A DNA stretch of 64,000 bases from Faecousia sp. (lineage in GTDB: Bacteria > Bacillota > Clostridia > Oscillospirales > Oscillospiraceae), in contig JAZTZS010000021.1 in assembly GCA_045637585.1 (NCBI GenBank), forward strand, positions 20,759 through 84,758. Direction: 5' to 3'. The notes beneath the pieces were generated by a model. It was not told the origin of the DNA. It did not search any database and saw only the letters and a program-made list of their open reading frames with translations. How positions within the stretch are numbered: position 1 is the stretch's first letter; the number at the start of each line of letters is the position of its first letter. Positions 56,538-64,000 of this stretch are shown in pieces. The position numbers and the translations under genes are program-made.

Positions 56538-56897
56538 ATGGATTATGGGTTAGGAGCTGTGGAGACCCAGTTTGCAGAAATTGTCTGGCAACACGCACCG
56601 CTGGGCACGGGGCAGCTGGTAGCGCTGTGTCAGCAGTCGCTGAACTGGAAGCGTACGACCACCTATACAGTTTTGAAGAAATTTACACAAAGGGGGATGT
56701 TCCGGCTGGAAAACGGAATCGTAACGGTTTTGATTCCCAGAGAAGAGTACTATGCCTCCAAAAGTCAGCGGTTTGTAGAGGATACCTTTGATGGGTCACT
56801 GCCCGCCTTTATTGCTGCCTTTACCCGGCGGAAAAGCCTGTCCCAGGAGGAAATTGCACAGATTCACCGCATGATTGAAGAAGCTGGGGAGGGGTAA
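56538..56897 (+). CDS. BlaI/MecI/CopY-family repressor
   Basis: IVW...WKRTTTYTVL...FDGSLPAFIAAF...LS..EI. Confidence 0.92.
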   Translation: MDYGLGAVETQFAEIVWQHAPLGTGQLVALCQQSLNWKRTTTYTVLKKFTQRGMFRLENGIVTVLIPREEYYASKSQRFVEDTFDGSLPAFIAAFTRRKSLSQEEIAQIHRMIEEAGEG

Positions 56898-56899
56898 AT

Positions 56900-59389
56900 A
56901 TGGAAACTGTCTTTTTAAAGGTTTTCAATATGAGCCTGACCGCCAGCTGGTTGATTGGCGCGCTTATCCTGCTGCGGCTTCTTCTGAAGAAGATGCCCAA
57001 GTGGGTGTGCTGCGGGCTGTGGGTATTGGTGGCAATTCGGCTCATATGCCCCATTTTACTGGAAAGCACACTGAGCCTGATTCCCAGTGCCGAGACTGTC
57101 AGCACAGAGATTCTCTTTACCCGAGAACCGGAAATTCACAGCGGGATTCCCGCCGTTAACGGGATGGTCAACCCGGTTATATCCGAGACATTCGCGCCGG
57201 ACCCGGCGGCAAGCGTTAACCCTATGCAGGTTTTTACTATGCTGGCAGCGCATATCTGGATGCTGGGCATGCTTGTAATGCTGGTTTATGCGCTCATCAG
57301 TTATTGGCGGGTGCGCAGGCGGGTGCGGGCCTCCTTGCATATCCGGGATACTATCTGGATTTGCGACGAAATCCGGACACCTTTCCTTTTGGGAATTGTT
57401 AAGCCCAGAATCTACCTGCCTTCGGGCATGGAACCGCAGCAGCAGGACTACGTGATTGCCCATGAGCAGGCGCATTTGCTTCGCCGTGACCACTGGTGGA
57501 AGCCCTTAGGATATCTTCTGTTGATTCTCCACTGGTTCAACCCCGTTGTCTGGCTGGCCTATATTCTGCTGTGCCGGGATATTGAGCTGGCCTGTGATGA
57601 AAAGGTGATAAAAGACTATGGTCTGGACGATCGGAAGGCCTACTCCCAGGCGCTTTTAAGCTGCAGTATTTCCCGCAGACGAATTGCTGCCTGCCCCCTT
57701 GCGTTTGGGGAGGTAGGTGTGAAAGAAAGGGTGAGAAGTGTGCTGAACTATAAAAAACCGGCTTTTTGGGTTGTTGTGGCTGCTGTATTGGTGAGCGTTG
57801 TACTGGCAGTGTGCTTTTTGACCAATCCGCCGCAGGATGAGAGTACGGAGACATCAGGTGCAAATTCGGAACAGACAAACTATGAGGACGTGATCTTTAC
57901 TGTAAAGTCGATATCGGGCGATGGGTCAATGCTGGTTGCGGAGCTGTACAATGGAACAGAGGAAGAGTTGGTCTACGGTGATGAAATCCTTATCTACCGG
58001 GATAATGTATGCATTACGCCCAATAATATGGCTTGGGATAGTATAGGCTATACCTTAAAGCCCGGAGAAAAGGCAGAACTCCAAGTGGATCTGTCGGCAT
58101 ACCACTTTTCGGAAACGGGCACTTACCGGGCGGAAAAGGAACTCTGCATTGGAGAAGAGTCCTACGTTGTTACCGCAGAGTTTGCAGTGGAGGTTCAGCA
58201 ACTACCGGACACTCCACATCCTACCTTTAATGAAGGGCGGTTTTCGATAACTGCCGGGAAAAATGATGAACGCACACTCGTTACCACCTACCGGACAGAG
58301 GACGGGAAGACCCATGGGATTTATCTGGTGGGGATTGCGGAGTTTTGTCTGACGGATGACGCAGGGCAGAAGCACAATCTCTCCGACGTACTGAAAAAGG
58401 TATATTTGACAGTGGCCCAGTGGCTGGAGATGGTACAGCAGCAGAGTATTGGGGAGGATACTTACCGGGATGGCGGCTCGATAATGTATAAGCTCGATAG
58501 CGTCCGTGTGCTGAAATGCCACCGGCTGGATGCTCCGGGGACCTATTGTCAGGATATTTATATCGGCACAAAGGATTCCCTGGAGCCAGGGCAGATATTG
58601 ATGGATATTGATGGACAGAAACCTCAGATAACCATAGAGGATGTAATTCGCCTGTCTGAGCAGGATGAACTGACACCGCGGGATTTTGTAGGCTATCAGT
58701 ATCGAGGTGTTGGCTCCGGGCTGGATATCTGGCAATTCGAACTAGGAGAGCTGTTTACCATAGGACTGATCAACTGGGGAATGGATGAACCGTTGGATGC
58801 GGTTATGCTGTCTGCCCGGGACGGTACGGATACGTATATCAACATATGTACCGACGATGTAAGAGCCTACTATGATGCCCATAAGAACAACCCGGTGGTT
58901 CCTGAGCTGCTCCGGGGCAGCATAACCATACCGATGGAGGATTCGTCTATTATTGCGGACAAGATGCTGCAGCTGGGAGCACCGCTCATGGAACCTGGCT
59001 CTGCAGAGGTGTTACCCTACTACCCGGTGCAGAGTGTGGCAGATTTGAAAAAGTTCCGGGCGGAATTTGAAGAATACTTCGATTATTCTGATACTCCCGA
59101 TGGCTATCTTACCTTTGCCGAAGCAATGGATGAGTATCACTATGACGAGGCGTTTTTTGAAACCAAAGAGGTCATTTTCGTATATTACAGTGGCAGAACC
59201 GGAAGGGAAAAGCCGCAAATACAGTATGCCCGGCAATATAACGGTGATCAGCTACGAATTGCTGTGCAGGCGGTTGAAAAAACTGCATTGCAAGAAAAGC
59301 GGGGCTGGCTGATCAGCATTGAACTGGACAAAGGCACTATGGCAAGCAGCCAAAGCACAAAGGTCACCTTGAATGTAATTGAAGAATAA
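56900..59389 (+). CDS. BlaR1-type M56 membrane metallopeptidase with a non-penicillin-binding extracellular region
   Basis: PRIYLP, HEQAH, HWFNP, ELACDE, CPLAFGE and YKKP + TM, then ~500 aa with no recognisable transpeptidase-like domain. Confidence 0.9.
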   Translation: METVFLKVFNMSLTASWLIGALILLRLLLKKMPKWVCCGLWVLVAIRLICPILLESTLSLIPSAETVSTEILFTREPEIHSGIPAVNGMVNPVISETFAPDPAASVNPMQVFTMLAAHIWMLGMLVMLVYALISYWRVRRRVRASLHIRDTIWICDEIRTPFLLGIVKPRIYLPSGMEPQQQDYVIAHEQAHLLRRDHWWKPLGYLLLILHWFNPVVWLAYILLCRDIELACDEKVIKDYGLDDRKAYSQALLSCSISRRRIAACPLAFGEVGVKERVRSVLNYKKPAFWVVVAAVLVSVVLAVCFLTNPPQDESTETSGANSEQTNYEDVIFTVKSISGDGSMLVAELYNGTEEELVYGDEILIYRDNVCITPNNMAWDSIGYTLKPGEKAELQVDLSAYHFSETGTYRAEKELCIGEESYVVTAEFAVEVQQLPDTPHPTFNEGRFSITAGKNDERTLVTTYRTEDGKTHGIYLVGIAEFCLTDDAGQKHNLSDVLKKVYLTVAQWLEMVQQQSIGEDTYRDGGSIMYKLDSVRVLKCHRLDAPGTYCQDIYIGTKDSLEPGQILMDIDGQKPQITIEDVIRLSEQDELTPRDFVGYQYRGVGSGLDIWQFELGELFTIGLINWGMDEPLDAVMLSARDGTDTYINICTDDVRAYYDAHKNNPVVPELLRGSITIPMEDSSIIADKMLQLGAPLMEPGSAEVLPYYPVQSVADLKKFRAEFEEYFDYSDTPDGYLTFAEAMDEYHYDEAFFETKEVIFVYYSGRTGREKPQIQYARQYNGDQLRIAVQAVEKTALQEKRGWLISIELDKGTMASSQSTKVTLNVIEE

Positions 59390-59395
59390 ATACGA

Positions 59396-59431
59396 AACTT
59401 GCCCTCACTTCGTTTGAAGTGGGGGCAAGTT
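59396..59431. terminator. Bidirectional terminator
   Basis: aacttgccctcacttc-gttt-gaagtgggggcaagtt. Confidence 0.8.
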
Positions 59432-59439
59432 AAATCTGT

Positions 59440-60564
59440 TTACTTGCAATAGAGTATGACCCGGTTGCCTGTGGGGGTGATCTTGTAGGTGGCGTAGCCG
59501 TCCTTTTTCTCATAAAGGGCGAAGCTGCCGCCGGTGCAGGATATGGGTGTCTGCTTTACGCTCAGATAGAAGTGGTCATATCTGCAGGGATGCTGCATCA
59601 CGTTTTGCAGGTCGATCTCGACCCGGTCTGCATGGCAGGTCAAAACAGCGTCCTGTACATAGAGTGCCTGGTTGCCCCAGAATCCGATATCCCGGGACAT
59701 CATGCTGCCAAAGCGGTTGGCGCATTTTTCAAAATAGGGCACGTTTCGTTCCACGACTTTTAGGTTATCCTCTGGCTCAAAATCCAGGAAATTAGGCCAG
59801 TGAGTACCGAAAATGCCGTCAACCGGCTCGTGGTTGGTGAGGTCCGGGTTGTACTGATACCAGGGAACGGTGTTGTTTTCCCGGTTGATGGAAAGCACGC
59901 CGTCTTCATCTACGATCAACAGATTGCGAAGCGTCTCGTTATCTTGAGCGGTACTACAGTTGAAAATGGTGGAAACATACTGAATTCCGTACTCCTTCAA
60001 TATTTGAGACAGTTCGTTCCAACGATAATAGAAGGATGGTGGAATAAAGCTGTTAATTTGCTTTTGGAAATCATAGTATTCCACCAGATCGAAGAAGTGA
60101 TCCAGCTTCAGCCGGAGCTGATCTTTGGGAAGCATATTTGCCTTGCGTTTTTTTACGTGGTAGTAATCGGAGGTGAGCAAATCGTCCACATCCGGGGCAA
60201 AATGGCTGTGCATGAGGCCGTGAATAGCCATGTCAATGTACGGGGAGTTGCGGATGACATCAGCGCAGGTTTCCGCTTCCTTCCGGTCTATGTAGGTGGC
60301 GTTGTCCCAGACTTTGAAATGGGTAAAGTAGGGAATATCGGCAAGGCGGTTGTCCGGATCCCATTCACCGAGGATAAAAGCGGCGTTGATACGCATATTC
60401 AGCCGTTTTCCAAGCTCATTGATGGCCACATAGTCCTCGGCACAGTGATACCGGGGCATGCCGGAACGGGGGAGACCACCGCGCCGTCGGGCATCCATTC
60501 CGTTGAACCAACCTAAGTCATCCATACATATTTGCACGCATCTGGGAAGTACAGCCTTAATCAT
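59440..60564 (-). CDS. Hypothetical protein, possible NodB/polysaccharide-deacetylase-like fold (copy B)
   Basis: MDDLGW, AIHGLMH, FIPP and THWPN motifs; 374 aa. Confidence 0.7.
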   Translation of the reverse strand: MIKAVLPRCVQICMDDLGWFNGMDARRRGGLPRSGMPRYHCAEDYVAINELGKRLNMRINAAFILGEWDPDNRLADIPYFTHFKVWDNATYIDRKEAETCADVIRNSPYIDMAIHGLMHSHFAPDVDDLLTSDYYHVKKRKANMLPKDQLRLKLDHFFDLVEYYDFQKQINSFIPPSFYYRWNELSQILKEYGIQYVSTIFNCSTAQDNETLRNLLIVDEDGVLSINRENNTVPWYQYNPDLTNHEPVDGIFGTHWPNFLDFEPEDNLKVVERNVPYFEKCANRFGSMMSRDIGFWGNQALYVQDAVLTCHADRVEIDLQNVMQHPCRYDHFYLSVKQTPISCTGGSFALYEKKDGYATYKITPTGNRVILYCK

Positions 60565-60594
60565 ACAAATTACCTTTTCTTTTCGTAAAACTGT

Positions 60595-61719
60595 TTATTT
60601 GCAATACAGTATTACCTGGTTACCTGTAGGAGTGATCTTGTAGGTGGCGTAGCCGTCCTTTTTCTCATAAAGGGCGAAGCTGCCGCCGGTGCAGGATGTG
60701 GGTGCCTGCTTTACGCTCAGATAGAAGTGGTCATACCTACAGGGATGCTGCATTACGTTTTGCAGGTCAATTTCGACCCGGTCTGCATGGCAGGTCAAAA
60801 CAGCGTCCTGTACATAGAGTGCCTGGTTGCCCCAGAATCCAATATCCCGGGACATCATGCTGCCAAAGCGGTTGGCGCATTTTTCAAAATAGGGCACGTT
60901 TCGTTCCACTACTTTCAGATTATCCTCCGGCTCGAAATCCAGGAAATTAGGCCAGTGAGTACCGAAAATACCGTCAACCGGCTCGTGGTTGGTGAGGTCC
61001 GGGTTGTACTGATACCAGGGAACGGTGTTGTTTTCCCGGTTGATGGAAAGCACGCCGTCTTCATCTACAACCAACAGATTCCGGATTGCCTCATTATCCT
61101 GGGCATTGTGGCAGTCGAAAATGGGGGTGGTGTACCGGACACCGTACTCTTTCAATGTTTGGGACAATTCGTTCCAGCGGTAGAAACCGGAGGGAGGAAT
61201 GAAGCTGTTGATTTGCTTTTGGAAATCATAGTACTCCACCAGATCGAAGAAGTGATCCAGCTTCAGCCGGAGCTGATCTTTGGGGAGTATGTCTACCTTG
61301 TCGCCTTTTACGTGGTAGTAATCGGAGGTGTCCAAGTCGTCCACATCCGGTGCAAAATGGCTGTGCATAAGGCCGTGGATAGCCATGTCGATATAGGGGG
61401 AGTTACGGATGACATCGGCACAGGCCTCAGCTTCCTTCCGGTCTATGTAGGCGGCGTTGTTCCAGACCTTGAAATGGGTAAAGTAGGGGATGTCCGCAAG
61501 ACGGTTATCCGGGTCCCATTCGCCGAGAATGAAAGCGGCATTGATGCGCATATTCAGCCGTTTGCCAAGTTCGTTGATAGCCACATAGTCCTCAGCGCAG
61601 TGATACCGGGGCATACCGGTACGGGACAGGCCGCCGCGCCGCCGGGCGTCCATTCCGTTGAACCAGCCTAAGTCATCCATACATATTTGTACGCATCTGG
61701 GAAGTACAGCCTCAATCAT
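60595..61719 (-). CDS. Hypothetical protein, possible NodB/polysaccharide-deacetylase-like fold (copy A)
   Basis: ATG 61719 after AAGGT gives 374 aa, colinear with copy B. Confidence 0.7.
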   Translation of the reverse strand: MIEAVLPRCVQICMDDLGWFNGMDARRRGGLSRTGMPRYHCAEDYVAINELGKRLNMRINAAFILGEWDPDNRLADIPYFTHFKVWNNAAYIDRKEAEACADVIRNSPYIDMAIHGLMHSHFAPDVDDLDTSDYYHVKGDKVDILPKDQLRLKLDHFFDLVEYYDFQKQINSFIPPSGFYRWNELSQTLKEYGVRYTTPIFDCHNAQDNEAIRNLLVVDEDGVLSINRENNTVPWYQYNPDLTNHEPVDGIFGTHWPNFLDFEPEDNLKVVERNVPYFEKCANRFGSMMSRDIGFWGNQALYVQDAVLTCHADRVEIDLQNVMQHPCRYDHFYLSVKQAPTSCTGGSFALYEKKDGYATYKITPTGNQVILYCK

Positions 61720-61924
61720 ATGAATTACCTTCTTCTTTTGAAATTCTGCAAATACACACATGCCATTTTGGCGGGATGTAGAGTATGTGGGCAGCCATTT
61801 TCTGACAGCCCAACATGATCATTGTAGCATAGCATAAAATCAGTGTCAATCTGATTTGCGTTTGTATAATGTATTTCTACCTTTTGATCAAAAAGCGAAT
61901 GTGTACTTTGTACAAAATTGCGGC

Positions 61925-61953
61925 TTGAAAACAGAGAATTATTGTGCTATATT
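61925..61953 (+). promoter_or_regulatory. sigma-A-type promoter pointing into the non-coding region
   Basis: TTGAAA-17-TATATT with an extended TG at 61945. Confidence 0.65.
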
Positions 61954-61959
61954 ATAGCC

Positions 61960-62410
61960 AGAAAGGGTGATACCGATGTACACGTAAAACAAAAAGCACA
62001 TGAAGAGCTGTGATTGGCATATCGGTGAATATAACATAAAGGCAGAGAAAGCATGAGTGAATCTGTCGATTATGTGAAAGCAAAGGATATGCAAGACAGA
62101 CCGAAATGTGCAGGGACGATAGCCCGCAAGGCATACCGATGACCGATATTTAGGCTGGTCGCCTATGGAAGATGGATGGAGTCGATAAGGAAATCGGAAT
62201 GGATCGGATAGTGATGGGGGAGATATCGTCCGGATTTGCAGCGGTACTGTAAATCCCACAGGCGATGCTTATTGGATAGTTTGTGTGGTCCGGGGCGTCG
62301 TCAATTCAGTAGAAAGAGAGGTAACCATTGATGATAGAGCCTAAGACAGAACAGAAATAACCCTTGACTGTTAGAACGCAAGAACCGACAGTCAAGGGTT
62401 ATTTCTCTTT
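61960..62410 (+). ncRNA. Candidate large structured non-coding RNA, family unassigned
   Basis: Lies between a promoter and a terminator with no + strand ORF in the track. Multiple nested helices with G-U pairs and a 7-bp long-range complement (see findings). Confidence 0.6.
62353..62410. terminator. Long bidirectional terminator
   Basis: agaaataacccttgactgt / acagtcaagggttatttct (19-bp perfect arms) with a T-rich tail. Confidence 0.85.
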
Positions 62411-62436
62411 ATGCCGCCCAAGGGGTGGATTTTTAT

Positions 62437-62982
62437 TTATTCGTACCGGGGAAGGGATACAACCTGCATTTTGTGGCCCATTGCAGGAATGACTTTCTCG
62501 GTTAGGTCTGCAGTTCGTATCCGGAGACTGCTGGTGTTGATGCAGGGGTGACAACCGATAAATTCTCCCGCCAGCAAATCTTCGTCGATTAGAAGCTGCA
62601 CGTGGTTTTCCTTATCATTCATCAGCCCCAAAACACTGACAGAACCGGGGGTGATGTCCAGATATGCTTCCATATGTGCCGCATCGGCAAAGGACAGACG
62701 GGAGGACCCAATCTGTGCAGACAGATCCTTGGTCTTAAAGCTTTTGTCTCCCGGCATCAGCAGCAAATAAAAGTCCGTTAGCTGCCGGTTGCACAGAAAC
62801 AAGTTCTTGCAAACCGTTGCCCCCAACGCCAAGTCTATGGCCAGACAATCTTCCATGGTCATAGCTGCCAGGTGGTCGACCCGCTGATAATCAATGTTCA
62901 GAGAATCCAGCAGGTCGTATACCCGGATCTCCTTGTCCAGACGGTTGGTCAAGTCATGGGGACGTCCCTGTTCCAGAAGCAT
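62437..62982 (-). CDS. YbaK/ProX-family prolyl-tRNA editing domain protein
   Basis: CKNLFL, SSRLSFA, PGSVSVLGL and HPCINT. ATG 62982 after AAGGAAGG. Confidence 0.9.
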   Translation of the reverse strand: MLLEQGRPHDLTNRLDKEIRVYDLLDSLNIDYQRVDHLAAMTMEDCLAIDLALGATVCKNLFLCNRQLTDFYLLLMPGDKSFKTKDLSAQIGSSRLSFADAAHMEAYLDITPGSVSVLGLMNDKENHVQLLIDEDLLAGEFIGCHPCINTSSLRIRTADLTEKVIPAMGHKMQVVSLPRYE

Positions 62983-62983
62983 A

Positions 62984-64000
62984 TTATTTCCTTCCTTTCG
63001 TGCGATGGATATGGGCATACAGGGGAATAGCGGCAACGGGCGCAAGAGCAGCAAGGAACATGGCGGCCTTCATGCCAAATTGCTCCGGCGCAAGTCCAAG
63101 CTTCCCGGCAAGTGTTATCAGCGCAGGATTGGCAATGGCAAAGTCTGTAACAACGCCTACCATCTGGGGGCCTACAGATGCGCCCAGATCGCCGCCGGCA
63201 GCCATAAAAGCGAAGATAAATACACCGTCGTCAGGGAAACGATCGGCGCCCACAATGAGACAGCCAGGCCAGAGCATGGAGGTGCAAAAACCGGTGAGAG
63301 CACAGCAGATAAGACCTATAATCGGCGCGGAGGATACTGCCAGTGTCAGGTAGCAAACAGAAGCGCCGATGGCACCGAGCAAGAGAACTCTGCTGATATT
63401 CTTGCCGACTTTGGTATACAGTGTACGCCCCAATCCCAGCATCGCAGCAAACAGCGCCACGCCAAAGATATCACCCCAAATCTTAGGAATATCAAAGGCC
63501 TGTTCCAGGAAGGAGGAACTCCATTGGGACATGGTACATTCTGCAAGACCACCCAGAAAGATGGCAAAAAAGCATAACCAAAGGCTTTTTGTCTTAAACC
63601 GCTTCAAAACGCCGGTCACCCGCTCCGGGGTTTTCATTGCGGGAATCTCTGCTGTGTTAAACAAGATAACGCTGGCCAGAGGGATCAGCAGGAACAGCAG
63701 GGTTAGAATCTGCCAATGCTCTGTTCCTATCAGAGACAGAAACAGGGAGCTGACGATCACGACACCTACGGTTCCCCAGGCGTAAACGGAATGGAGCTTG
63801 CTCATCTCCCGGTCTGGGTCCTTTGCGGGAATTTCTGCGATCAGAGGGCTCAGAAGTACCTCGGAAAGGCCGCTGGCGGCGGAGAACAGAATTGTTCCGA
63901 TAACCAGACCTATGTATACCGATTCGGGGAAAACATAGGGCCAGCAGGCATAGATGAAAAAGCCGCCGATGGTCAGCAGGGGCATGATTTTCACGGTCTT
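62984..64000 (-). CDS. MFS transporter (5'-truncated by the window edge)
   Basis: Multiple TM helices, SKLHSVYAWG, MLGLGR and AAGGDLG. Confidence 0.85.
   Translation of the reverse strand, partial: KTVKIMPLLTIGGFFIYACWPYVFPESVYIGLVIGTILFSAASGLSEVLLSPLIAEIPAKDPDREMSKLHSVYAWGTVGVVIVSSLFLSLIGTEHWQILTLLFLLIPLASVILFNTAEIPAMKTPERVTGVLKRFKTKSLWLCFFAIFLGGLAECTMSQWSSSFLEQAFDIPKIWGDIFGVALFAAMLGLGRTLYTKVGKNISRVLLLGAIGASVCYLTLAVSSAPIIGLICCALTGFCTSMLWPGCLIVGADRFPDDGVFIFAFMAAGGDLGASVGPQMVGVVTDFAIANPALITLAGKLGLAPEQFGMKAAMFLAALAPVAAIPLYAHIHRTKGRK

Noticed and set aside
61939-62259. 106-aa minus-strand ORF in the last intergenic region
   Set aside because: No RBS or protein features. The region is better explained as a + strand structured RNA.
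62290-62350. Resemblance of ATGATAGAGCCT to the group I intron S element
   Set aside because: No matching R element in the expected order and no interrupted host gene, so it cannot be called an intron.
61960-62410. RNase P, tmRNA or SRP identity for the candidate RNA
   Set aside because: Lacks GAGGAAAGTCC and the 3' GGCTTA, tRNA-like ends with CCA, and the SRP helix-8 motif.

Overview
Chromosomal window from an anaerobic Firmicute, most likely Clostridia/Oscillospiraceae-like (inferred from gene content, sigma-A promoters, a T-box and a sortase-type anchor). From left to right it contains: the 3' part of a DUF5057-type surface protein; a ~2,400-aa wall-anchored Asp-box (sialidase-like) protein; a double amidohydrolase; an SGNH hydrolase; a lipoprotein; putP; a citrate-lyase-type cluster (citXG, a P-loop/AlaX-like ORF, citC, citDEF) joined to a GntR gene and the B12-dependent methylaspartate genes (glmS-glmL-glmE-mal), probably glutamate fermentation with a citramalate lyase; an orphan solute-binding lipoprotein between two REP-like repeats; a DeoR-linked lipoate-dependent 2-oxoacid dehydrogenase locus; two MATE pumps; a Trp T-box with trpB2; an HcpR-like regulator and ferredoxin; an integrase remnant at tRNA-Arg(CCT); prfB without the frameshift; a 1.75-kb segment bounded by an 18-bp direct repeat; secG; pepD; an FGGY kinase; a BlaI/M56 pair; a tandem duplicate of a hypothetical gene; a YbaK/ProX gene; and a partial MFS gene. 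The strongest unexplained signal is ~450 nt at 61960-62410 with no credible ORF. It has its own promoter and terminator, many helices whose G-U pairs favour the + strand, and a possible long-range pseudoknot, so it is a candidate large structured ncRNA. All family assignments come from motif recognition, not database searches. No CRISPR array or rRNA was seen.
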